Positions 27,535 through 35,415 of a stretch of 39,185 bases of DNA are shown in pieces. Positions within the stretch are counted from its first letter, which is position 1. Every line of letters starts with the position of its first letter. The DNA is from a virus (lineage: Duplodnaviria; Caudoviricetes), in the IMG/VR virus record IMGVR_UViG_3300022407_006375, positions 1-39,185 of that record. One strand, written 5' to 3'. The translations under genes were made by a program, and so were the position numbers. The notes below the pieces were generated by a model that was given only the letters and a program-made list of their open reading frames with translations, was not told where the DNA came from and ran no database searches.

Positions 27535-28760
27535 TATCTCCTTACAGTAATCTTAGCATCCTCAGTAATCACTGTGTTCTCAATATGAGCATCGCAGTTG
27601 GTCATAAAGAAATCAATCCACCACTGCACCGGCTCAATGTACTCGGGCCTGCCTTTGTCATCGAAGATCAGCTTCTTGGTCTTGTCACGCTTCTGTATTC
27701 CAGGAAAGTCCTTGTGACTAAAAACGTGGTACATTATTGCAAAAAGTGCCTGTGGTGTTGTCTTTGGATCCTTGAACTTCAAAATCAACTTTACCTTCCC
27801 TGCATCATCGAGATTTTGAGAAGCAGCCTGTGAAGCGAACTCATTACTCATCTTGTCCATCGATGCTGCCTGCGCAATCTCATTTTTCTGATCCTTTGCG
27901 GCCTGGTCGATGCTCTGCTGGCGCTGCTGAAGCTCCAAATCTGACTTAGCCTTTGCCTCGGCTTCCAATCTGATCTTTTCCTCTCCCTGAGCAGCGGCAA
28001 TCTTCTCTTTTTCTGCCTTGATATCAGGAATTTTTGCTCTCCACTCGTTCAAAATAGGAGAAACTGCCTCAATTACGGCTGAATTCCATGTTTCGTAAGG
28101 CTCCTGCTGCTTGAGTTCAGCTACCATCGCATCAAATTCTTCTTTGGTGAGCAAGTCTGTCCTGTAAGCCACAGCAAAACAGTTGTCGTACTTATCCTGC
28201 TTCAATTTTGGCTTTGACTTGCTGAATTTGCCAGCCTCTTCGTCAAAAATCTCAAGTGGAAGATTGTCAAACAGTGTTTTCGCATACTGATCGGCAGCTT
28301 TGATAGTTTCGGCCACATTGGTAGTCAAATTCTCAAGCATTTTTGCCTTCAAATCAACTTTGTGGTTCTCCAAGTCCTTTCTTTTGACAATCTCTGCATC
28401 GGCTCTTCTCTTTCCCTCGAGCTTTTTCTGCTGATAGGCCTCCATCAACTTCCGAACCCGGTTGTACTCGTTGTTAGCCTTGGCATCATTGGATATCGGC
28501 TTTTCAAAAGACATCAAAAAGTCTTTGGCATCATCCATTTTCTTAGTGATGGACATACGCATATCCTGCATCTTCTTAAAGGCCGTGCGCACATCAGCCA
28601 AATCTGTGTTAGCGCTTTCGAATGCCTCATCGCTATCGATAGCTGTAATCTCAGAGAGAACAGCTAAAGAATTGTCGTGGCCTTTTTTAAGTTTTGGCAA
28701 AACCTCTTCGATAGAGGTTGTGATACTTTTAATTTCCTGGAGTTGTGGCAGTGTTTCCAT
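27534..28760 (-). CDS. Coiled-coil protein of the recombination operon
   Basis: ATG at 28760 (METLPQ). Long helical Lys/Glu/Ala-rich protein between RecT/ACP and the exonuclease. Confidence 0.65.
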   Translation of the reverse strand: METLPQLQEIKSITTSIEEVLPKLKKGHDNSLAVLSEITAIDSDEAFESANTDLADVRTAFKKMQDMRMSITKKMDDAKDFLMSFEKPISNDAKANNEYNRVRKLMEAYQQKKLEGKRRADAEIVKRKDLENHKVDLKAKMLENLTTNVAETIKAADQYAKTLFDNLPLEIFDEEAGKFSKSKPKLKQDKYDNCFAVAYRTDLLTKEEFDAMVAELKQQEPYETWNSAVIEAVSPILNEWRAKIPDIKAEKEKIAAAQGEEKIRLEAEAKAKSDLELQQRQQSIDQAAKDQKNEIAQAASMDKMSNEFASQAASQNLDDAGKVKLILKFKDPKTTPQALFAIMYHVFSHKDFPGIQKRDKTKKLIFDDKGRPEYIEPVQWWIDFFMTNCDAHIENTVITEDAKITVRR

Positions 28761-28998
28761 CAGCAAGTTTTAATACAATGTTTACAATATCTCCTACAGT
28801 TCTTACCTCGTCAATGTCTGAGTCTGGTATCTCGATGTGGTATTCCTTCTCCACCATCATTACAATCTCAACCTTGTCAAGACTATCAATACCGATCATT
28901 TTAAGTACGGTATTTTCATCGAGTGGTTTAATATCATCCCAACCACTAACCGTCTCCACAATAATGGAGACGGTTTTAAATATTTCTTCTCTCTGCAT
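28729..28998 (-). CDS. acpP: Acyl carrier protein
   Basis: IGIDSLDKVEIVMMVEKEYHIEIPD...TVGDIV: phosphopantetheine-attachment GxDSLD motif plus the helix II/III pattern. Acidic, 89 aa. Confidence 0.88.
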   Translation of the reverse strand: MQREEIFKTVSIIVETVSGWDDIKPLDENTVLKMIGIDSLDKVEIVMMVEKEYHIEIPDSDIDEVRTVGDIVNIVLKLADGNTATTPGN

Positions 28999-29002
28999 CG
29001 GA

Positions 29003-29890
29003 TTAGTCGATTAGATCACGAGATGCTTTTTTACCTTTTGGCTTTTCCTCAACCTCTGCAATAACAGCGGCTTCCTCAGTCAAAACTTCTCCTGTATCTT
29101 CGTTTACCGACTCATTTACAGAAGTTGGCACTACGTCCTCATGGTTAACATCATTTGTCTCTTCGTTGGCTTCAATATTAGCAAACACAACGGTATTGTC
29201 TGGATACTTGTGGTAAAGCCTGAACGCTCTGTTGGTGGCTGTCTTCTTTGCCGCTTCAGCCGGCCATTGCTCCCAAAGTCCTTGATCAGACTTCATGCGG
29301 CTTTTACCCTTTGCCTTTACAAGATCATCCTTGTACACAACTACATCAACAACTTTGCCTGACTTGTACTTGATTCGCTGATACACAGCTCGGATGTTCT
29401 CAAGCTTTAACGACTCACTACTCTTCTCTGTAGTGTAATGCTCTTTCACAACGCTGTTGAGCTTGTCATGCACAAAATGATCTCCAACCATTACAACAAT
29501 GGCCTCTGGTGCAGAGTCTACCTCTGGCATGAGCTCCAATTGATAGCGCTTAGCTGCTGGTGATGATTGCACCTTCAAAACTTTCCCGTTCGGAATCAAG
29601 TACAGTTGATTGTCCCGGAACGATAGGCCCGTGGTGCCTGCATGAATTAATGCCGAATAGTGGTAAAACGGATCCACATTTCTCAAGTCTGGATTGTCGG
29701 CTACTCTTTGCAGGTAAGCGAATTTCTCTTGCTCGAGTCGGTTAGAGCCGTCTTTGCGTCCAGTGACCGCCTCATAATTTTTTATGAATCGCTCTTCTAC
29801 TTCCTTCAATTCAAAAACAGCCTTGGCAGTGCCTGCGGAGGCAAGTTTATTTTGAAGCGATACTAATTGATTTTTGTTCTCTGTGCTCAT
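29003..29890 (-). CDS. recT: RecT/Redbeta-family single-strand annealing protein
   Basis: GLSF...LYLIP, V..GD.F, W..WP.E.AKKT..NRA core, acidic tail with V.EDTGEV. Confidence 0.8.
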   Translation of the reverse strand: MSTENKNQLVSLQNKLASAGTAKAVFELKEVEERFIKNYEAVTGRKDGSNRLEQEKFAYLQRVADNPDLRNVDPFYHYSALIHAGTTGLSFRDNQLYLIPNGKVLKVQSSPAAKRYQLELMPEVDSAPEAIVVMVGDHFVHDKLNSVVKEHYTTEKSSESLKLENIRAVYQRIKYKSGKVVDVVVYKDDLVKAKGKSRMKSDQGLWEQWPAEAAKKTATNRAFRLYHKYPDNTVVFANIEANEETNDVNHEDVVPTSVNESVNEDTGEVLTEEAAVIAEVEEKPKGKKASRDLID

Positions 29891-29967
29891 ACATGCGTTT
29901 TTAGTTACAATAGTTTGTTTGTCGATTGCTGATACGAAGGAATACTAAAAATATTTAATATGCAATA

Positions 29968-29998
29968 TTTGTAGTATAAAATATTTGTTGTAGACTTG
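29968..29998 (+). promoter_or_regulatory. Bacteroidota-type promoter for the 30017 gene
   Basis: TTTG (29968-29971), 19 nt, TAGACTTG (29991-29998; one mismatch to TAnnTTTG). Confidence 0.65.
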
Positions 29999-30016
29999 CC
30001 AAACAATAACAATCGC

Positions 30017-30211
30017 ATGAGCATTATTAACGTTAATAAACTGGCCGGCCTTGTGGGTGATAAAAATCACTACACATATATAAGAGTCAAAAACATGCTT
30101 CAAGGACTAAAAGGTAAGTCTTCTAAAAAAGACATCCAAGAAGTACGCAGAATCATTCAGCGAGAGCTGACACAAATTGACAAAACTTTAGCCAAACTTG
30201 AGAATGAGTAA
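30017..30211 (+). CDS. Small putative HTH-like regulator (64 aa)
   Basis: ATG at 30017. IINVNKLAGLVG...Y.RVKNMLQG helix-turn-helix-like pattern. First gene after a divergent promoter region. Confidence 0.5.
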   Translation: MSIINVNKLAGLVGDKNHYTYIRVKNMLQGLKGKSSKKDIQEVRRIIQRELTQIDKTLAKLENE

Positions 30212-30230
30212 ACATCAAATTAAATAAACT

Positions 30231-30776
30231 ATGAGCTACATCCACGAATGCCTTCCGCAAACAATGACGCCAAGCAACCTGGCCGACTTTATCCGTTCAA
30301 ACAAAGTTGATCAGATCAACCACGTTGAAAAAATCCCATTGACTGCTGAAGAAATTGCGCAGTATGAGAAAGACTCTTCTCTTGCTTCTCGCGCTATTGA
30401 CAAACTGAAAGACACCGAGGACTACATCAAACGCCTGATCAAAAAAGGAACTCCTTTTGACAGAAACTTAGGCCCTGAAGGATCCCATCGCCCAGTAGAT
30501 GTTACAATCCCCCCAACAAAAGGAATCGAGACTTTGGAGGCAAACAGAAAGTATGCTGATCAGCAAATTGAGAAGGGATTCAAAGAAGACATCACGGCTA
30601 TTTATTTTATTCCTTGGCCGGAGTACGAAAAGATGGTGGCTGTGTCTATTGAAGGTGTTGAGTGGAGTAAGTATTCACGCGGCATGAGCCAGGATGAAAT
30701 TATGCAGCACGGAAAGCCAATCCTAAAAGCATCAATGAAGTATCCTATAGATGATAATGGTGCAATTAACCTTTAG
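30231..30776 (+). CDS. Hypothetical protein (181 aa)
   Basis: A-rich leader and ATG start. Converges with the 30993 gene (11-nt overlap). Confidence 0.7.
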   Translation: MSYIHECLPQTMTPSNLADFIRSNKVDQINHVEKIPLTAEEIAQYEKDSSLASRAIDKLKDTEDYIKRLIKKGTPFDRNLGPEGSHRPVDVTIPPTKGIETLEANRKYADQQIEKGFKEDITAIYFIPWPEYEKMVAVSIEGVEWSKYSRGMSQDEIMQHGKPILKASMKYPIDDNGAINL

Positions 30777-30993
30777 GTTTAATGCGTTTGCCGTCAGCGG
30801 TAAATCCCAAGACGGCAGACGCTTTCTCAAACTCAGCATACATGGAGTTGAAGATTATCGTCCGCTCTTGATCAGTTAACGAACCATAGGTACCTTTTAG
30901 ATTATGGTAAATTTTAGAATAGTCAATACCTGACTTGTCGGCCAACACACGAAGGCTGATCATTTTAAAGTCTCCTGTTCTATCTTTACTCAT
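30766..30993 (-). CDS. Small putative HTH regulator (75 aa)
   Basis: ISLRVLADKSGIDYSKIYHNLKG is an Xre/Cro-like HTH pattern. Has its own -7 box 5 nt upstream. Confidence 0.65.
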   Translation of the reverse strand: MSKDRTGDFKMISLRVLADKSGIDYSKIYHNLKGTYGSLTDQERTIIFNSMYAEFEKASAVLGFTADGKRIKPKG

Positions 30994-30998
30994 AAACG

Positions 30999-31022
30999 CA
31001 AATCTATTAAAATATTTTGTTA
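30999..31022 (-). promoter_or_regulatory. Bacteroidota -7 box overlapped by a palindromic operator
   Basis: TAGATTTG on the minus strand (31006-30999). TATTAAAA-TA-TTTTGTTA at 31005-31022, same register as at 21961. Confidence 0.6.
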
Positions 31023-31040
31023 TTAAAAAATGTGCATATA

Positions 31041-31490
31041 ATGAAGACTTTTGCGCTAAATGTTTCCCAAGTATTTTTAAGCTACCACCCCAGAAAAGGG
31101 GAGCCTACTGAGTTTGTTGCTAAAATCTTAGAGGGGTCAAAAAAACACACAGTCCGGGCCAATTATGAGTACTGGCGCAATATTGCCGACATGGTAAACC
31201 GTGGCGTTGCTGAGCTTAAGGTAACAACTTGGAGTGGCCGTCCTTACAACTCACCAAAGCTGCATGTAACCACCTTCAATCAGATCGGCATTCAAAAGTT
31301 TCGCTTGAAGATGCGAAAGAGAGATAAAAGCTTTGCCATCGCTTACGTTGACAATCGCATGCTATTACCTGATGAGTTCACTACCTTCTGCGCTAATGAC
31401 GGACTAACTGTAATGGACTTTGTTGACTGGATGAAAAAGGAAGACATGGAGGGCGTGGTGATCCATTTTGATCCTTATTTTAAATACTGA
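31041..31490 (+). CDS. ASCH/PUA-like domain protein
   Basis: F..KILEGSKKHTVR (GxKxxTxR) and WSGRPYNS...NDGL...DF..W. Confidence 0.7.
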   Translation: MKTFALNVSQVFLSYHPRKGEPTEFVAKILEGSKKHTVRANYEYWRNIADMVNRGVAELKVTTWSGRPYNSPKLHVTTFNQIGIQKFRLKMRKRDKSFAIAYVDNRMLLPDEFTTFCANDGLTVMDFVDWMKKEDMEGVVIHFDPYFKY

Positions 31491-31494
31491 GGTT

Positions 31495-31752
31495 ATGAAA
31501 GTTGAAATTGAATTAGTGGAAAATAGTACTGATTCTACTGTTTGGAATGGGTGGAAGGTGACTACTGGTGAAAAGTATGCTGACGGACTCGGGTACGATG
31601 AGATGCTCGGACTTGTTGCCGCTATTACAATGCCACAAGAACGACCAACACTACATTGGTTAAAAACAAAAGAACAACATCTTCAAAGAAGACTTGCTCT
31701 TGAGGCTCAATCCCAACAACAATACTTAGAACAAAACGGACCGAAGGTATGA
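31495..31752 (+). CDS. Hypothetical protein (85 aa)
   Basis: ATG at 31495, ATGA-coupled to the next gene. Confidence 0.65.
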   Translation: MKVEIELVENSTDSTVWNGWKVTTGEKYADGLGYDEMLGLVAAITMPQERPTLHWLKTKEQHLQRRLALEAQSQQQYLEQNGPKV

Positions 31753-32402
31753 AGAAACTCATCCTGTCTTTTCTACTACACCATGCTAACAGACTCGTTT
31801 GGATACTGGATGATAAGCAGTCGTTCTATACAATTAAAGACAGCTTGCTAAAACAGTACGGACAGTTCGTTCGATACGATGTTCAGCATATACCTGGTAA
31901 AAGGTGTCGGTCTTGTAAAGGATCTGGTGAGCATGTTAAATACTCATGGGATCCTCCATACGAAGCTTACGGCTGGGATATGTGTTGGCGCTGTAACGGC
32001 ACTGGATGGTTCAAACTTCCTCAATGGAACCTATTGTCTGTCCTTAGTTTTGGATCATATTGCTTTCACTCGCCAAAAAAACGTGAGTACTGCGTAAAAA
32101 ATCCATGGACTGAAGAAGCTCTTGGGTGGGAGCCATCTAAGGAGCTAGTTATTGAAGGATATATCGAGCACAAACATTCATCTTTCAGTAAACTATCGAT
32201 GCTTGTGATCTTTTATTTATACAACAAACATGAGTTTAAGTTTTTGTTGAAGAGCTACAAGAGGAGTCTTCGATGGAAGATTCAAAACAAAATATACAGA
32301 ATAAAAAATTTCAAGTGGTCATCGCTTATCTTAGAAAAACCAACATGGCCTGAACGGCATTGGTTCAGAAGTGATGGAGAATTAGAAGAATTACCTTTTT
32401 AA
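31749..32402 (+). CDS. Protein with a DnaJ-type zinc-finger pair and an acidic ELPF tail
   Basis: CRSCKGSG and CWRCNGTG (two CxxCxGxG). C-terminus ...ELEELPF. Confidence 0.7.
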   Translation: MKKLILSFLLHHANRLVWILDDKQSFYTIKDSLLKQYGQFVRYDVQHIPGKRCRSCKGSGEHVKYSWDPPYEAYGWDMCWRCNGTGWFKLPQWNLLSVLSFGSYCFHSPKKREYCVKNPWTEEALGWEPSKELVIEGYIEHKHSSFSKLSMLVIFYLYNKHEFKFLLKSYKRSLRWKIQNKIYRIKNFKWSSLILEKPTWPERHWFRSDGELEELPF

Positions 32403-32412
32403 ACAACTATGC

Positions 32413-32820
32413 ATGGATATAGCAATTGATTTTGATGGAACGTGTGTAAGACACGAATACCCTAAAGTAGGCAGCGATATTGGAGCTGTACCAGTTTTAA
32501 AAAGATTGGTAGAAGAGGGGCACAAATTAATACTGTACACGATGCGTTCAGGTTCCGAATTGACTGACGCTGTGAAATGGTTTTTAGTTAATGAGATACC
32601 ACTTTACGGAGTTCAATTTAATCCTGAACAAGCGAAGTGGACATGCAGTAACAAATGTTACGCGCATCTATACATTGACGATGCAGCACTTGGCGCTCCA
32701 CTAAGGCTGGATAAAGACCCTGACATTGAACATTCAAGGCCATACATAGATTGGCATTCGGTAGAGTTGATTTTGGAAGTAAGTGGTGTTTTAAGATTTA
32801 AGAGTAACCAATTAAAATAA
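32413..32820 (+). CDS. Minimal HAD-superfamily phosphatase, paralogue of 23610-23987
   Basis: IAIDFDGTCV, LILYTMR, SNKCY, LYIDD, RPYIDW. Confidence 0.8.
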   Translation: MDIAIDFDGTCVRHEYPKVGSDIGAVPVLKRLVEEGHKLILYTMRSGSELTDAVKWFLVNEIPLYGVQFNPEQAKWTCSNKCYAHLYIDDAALGAPLRLDKDPDIEHSRPYIDWHSVELILEVSGVLRFKSNQLK

Positions 32821-32825
32821 ACTAT

Positions 32826-33266
32826 ATGGCAGGCGTAAACAAAGTGATCCTCATCGGAAGATTAGGCAAGGAACCAGAGATTAAAAATTTCGACAACGGA
32901 GGCATGATTGCCAACTTCACCATGGCAACATCTGAAACCTACAAAGACAGAACAACCGGTGAGAAAAAAGAAATTACCGATTGGCACAATGTAGCAGCAC
33001 GTATACCGCAGCAAGCGGAGATCATTCAAAAGTACGTTCACAAAGGCGACATGCTTTATGTTGAAGGCAAGCTACGTACACGCTCCTGGGAGAAGGACGG
33101 AAAGACCAACTACATCACAGAAGTATTGGTTGATAATTTCACCATGCTAACACCTAAAGGAAGTAGTGGAGGTGGGCAAGGTGGAGGTTATACATCACAA
33201 TCTCCAAGCTCCGGGTCTACTGCTAGCTCCAGCTCTGGAATTGCCTCTGATGACCTGCCCTTCTGA
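32826..33266 (+). CDS. ssb: Single-stranded DNA-binding protein
   Basis: GVNKVILIGRLGKEPE, TDWHNV, KG..LYVEGKLRTRSW, Gly/Ser linker, DDLPF tail. Confidence 0.97.
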   Translation: MAGVNKVILIGRLGKEPEIKNFDNGGMIANFTMATSETYKDRTTGEKKEITDWHNVAARIPQQAEIIQKYVHKGDMLYVEGKLRTRSWEKDGKTNYITEVLVDNFTMLTPKGSSGGGQGGGYTSQSPSSGSTASSSSGIASDDLPF

Positions 33267-33271
33267 TCTGT

Positions 33272-33673
33272 ATGAGTGAACGTCTCAACCAGCAACCCAC
33301 AAAAGAACTCCATCTGTTCCAGCGTTTCTTGCTGCAGTCAAAACTCATCACCCAGCTCAACAAATGGCTCGATGAGCAGGCATGGGAGAACGAGAAGAAA
33401 GACGCCATCATTGAAATGAAGGATAAGGAGATTGAACAAATTAAAGAACAGCTTCACCGAATGACGCAGAGCCGCGACCAGGTAGACTCTAACTTCAAAA
33501 AGTACATGAAGTCAGTAAAGGCAGACAAGGTCGATAACGAAAAGATGCAGAAGCAGCAGACAATTATCCATGACCTCCGCTCAGAACTTGAAGCCACAAA
33601 AAGACGGTTAACGGTCAGCCACCGGATGAATGAGCTGCTAGCTAAACAAGCTAAACAAACTAAACAAAAATAA
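33272..33673 (+). CDS. Coiled-coil hypothetical protein (133 aa)
   Basis: Helical heptads, packed in the operon. Confidence 0.65.
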   Translation: MSERLNQQPTKELHLFQRFLLQSKLITQLNKWLDEQAWENEKKDAIIEMKDKEIEQIKEQLHRMTQSRDQVDSNFKKYMKSVKADKVDNEKMQKQQTIIHDLRSELEATKRRLTVSHRMNELLAKQAKQTKQK

Positions 33674-33674
33674 T

Positions 33675-33965
33675 ATGATAACACTAAATGAGTCAACAGC
33701 AGAAGCGATCAGAATTGAAATGGAATCAATTCCCGATAAGTACCAAAAACCATTCAACAGCGTACACGAAGGACTAGCTGTCTTGCGTGAAGAGTATGTT
33801 GAACTTGAAAACGAAATATTTTTTGGTGAGAAAAAGGCAAAGAATCATCCTTACGTAGATGGTGTAGGTCCACTTGACCCAAAGTTAATATGGAAAAAGA
33901 AAATTAAGCGTGAGGCTATTCAGGTTGCTGCCATGGCCGCAAGGATAGTTCAGGAATTGACTTAA
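33675..33965 (+). CDS. MazG-like all-alpha NTP pyrophosphohydrolase-fold protein
   Basis: FNS.HEG.AVLREE..EL..E...EAIQVAAMA.R (EExxE and ExxQ helices). Confidence 0.6.
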   Translation: MITLNESTAEAIRIEMESIPDKYQKPFNSVHEGLAVLREEYVELENEIFFGEKKAKNHPYVDGVGPLDPKLIWKKKIKREAIQVAAMAARIVQELT

Positions 33966-33971
33966 CAAAGT

Positions 33972-34139
33972 ATGAAATCAATAGACAGAAAACTGTTATT
34001 TCATTTGGTTGATGTTGTGTGGGGAGATGCACTTGAAGATCAAAGTGTGCCCTCAACACCACACGCAAGAACTCTAATCCTTAAAGCAATTGAGCGAAGG
34101 GGGGCAGAGAAATATTCTAAGACCAAACTGAAACGATAA
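33972..34139 (+). CDS. Small hypothetical protein (55 aa), absent from the ORF track
   Basis: Manual translation MKSIDRKLLFHLVDVVWGDALEDQSVPSTPHARTLILKAIERRGAEKYSKTKLKR*. Fills the gap in the operon. Confidence 0.55.
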   Translation: MKSIDRKLLFHLVDVVWGDALEDQSVPSTPHARTLILKAIERRGAEKYSKTKLKR

Positions 34140-34179
34140 AAACCTAACCCTTCCGGTGACAGGTGAACCGGGTAATTTT

Positions 34180-34494
34180 ATGAAAACAGTAATTGGAAGA
34201 ATTGTGCAGTACACACTCAGTGAGCAGGATGCAATTGAGATCAATCGAAGACGTACTCATGGCGGTAATATCGCGGAACAGATCAAAGAAGGAAAATGGT
34301 CAATTGGTGCTCAGGCCCACATTGGAAATAACGCTGAGGCAGGCCAGGTATTCCCTATGGTCATTGTGAAAGTATGGAGTGATGTTGGTGTTAATGGACA
34401 AGTAATACTGGATGGCACAGATCAATTGTGGAAAACATCAGTAACTCTTGGAGAGGGACAAGGTTATTGGAACTGGCCTGTAATTGAGAAGTAA
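34180..34494 (+). CDS. Conserved-type small phage protein (104 aa)
   Basis: ATG at 34180. IGRIVQY...P.VIVKVW...VNGQV.LDG.D.LW.TS......G.W.WP family pattern. Followed by a hairpin. Confidence 0.7.
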   Translation: MKTVIGRIVQYTLSEQDAIEINRRRTHGGNIAEQIKEGKWSIGAQAHIGNNAEAGQVFPMVIVKVWSDVGVNGQVILDGTDQLWKTSVTLGEGQGYWNWPVIEK

Positions 34495-34505
34495 TGGGGA
34501 AGTTC

Positions 34506-34532
34506 AGGTGCGGTCTTATTTTGACCGCACCT
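34506..34532 (+). terminator. Hairpin/terminator
   Basis: AGGTGCGGTC-ttatttt-GACCGCACCT with a short T tail. Confidence 0.6.
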
Positions 34533-34560
34533 TTAAAAAATTTTACTAAAAATTTATATC

Positions 34561-34782
34561 ATGACAGCATCAGACTTAAAGCCATCAAATACCTTCTCTC
34601 TTACAAAAAGAAAGAACGCGAAAAAATTTACAGTCAGCTCTACATGCGACAAGGCGATTGATGTTATTGGTGGACCATCGTACCGGAATCCACCCAAAGA
34701 TCAGATCGGCAAGCTGCTGATCATCTTGAATGGATGTGGTCAACTGGTTCTTGACCCTAAACAAGAAATTTTTTTACACTAA
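34561..34782 (+). CDS. Hypothetical protein (73 aa)
   Basis: ATG after an A/T-rich leader, in operon orientation. Confidence 0.55.
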   Translation: MTASDLKPSNTFSLTKRKNAKKFTVSSTCDKAIDVIGGPSYRNPPKDQIGKLLIILNGCGQLVLDPKQEIFLH

Positions 34783-34795
34783 ACTAAAACCCAAA

Positions 34796-35329
34796 ATGAA
34801 AAAGCACTTACACGAATTACGCGTCCGGATCGATGGATTGGCGAAACTGCTGTCTACAATGCAGCCTCTTGAATTCATTACATTAACTGGAACAGCAATT
34901 GAATATACCGGATCACGAGAAGAGCAAAAAGCGATCGATGACCTCCTTTTAGCCAAAGCTTGGCTTGGCAAATGTCTTGAAATTATTGGTGAAGATAGCC
35001 CTTACAAAAATGACGGAAAGCGAAAGTACATACAAGATATTGAGCCGACAGCTGATCAACCTAAACAAAGCGATAACGGATATACAGTTTGGGTAGGCCT
35101 ACCAACTGGATGGTGGCAAGACTCGACCCTTATCGAAAAGATAGACTGGATCCGGGAGCGCATTAAAGGCCTGACCGAAGACAACATCCAAGAAACGTTC
35201 GAACTGGACCTCTCCGATCCGACCAGCTCCGACATCATCTCCTGCCTTAACCACCACATCCGCCACCTCCACGAGGCCCGGTTCTGGCTCGGCTTCGACC
35301 TGGCGCGCATCCGAGATAATAACAAGTAG
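34796..35329 (+). CDS. Protein with two tandem helical-hairpin units resembling the Tad1/Acb2 sponge hairpin
   Basis: ATG at 34796. LRVRIDGL...SREEQKAIDDLLLAKAWLG and IRERIKGL...IRHLHEARFWLG. Confidence 0.5.
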   Translation: MKKHLHELRVRIDGLAKLLSTMQPLEFITLTGTAIEYTGSREEQKAIDDLLLAKAWLGKCLEIIGEDSPYKNDGKRKYIQDIEPTADQPKQSDNGYTVWVGLPTGWWQDSTLIEKIDWIRERIKGLTEDNIQETFELDLSDPTSSDIISCLNHHIRHLHEARFWLGFDLARIRDNNK

Positions 35330-35415
35330 TCCACATTTTGTCCACAATTGTCGGGTTTTAGAAATTAAACCCGTAGGTTTAACTTACTGCTTATGACGCT
35401 TTACTTTTTGGCCTG

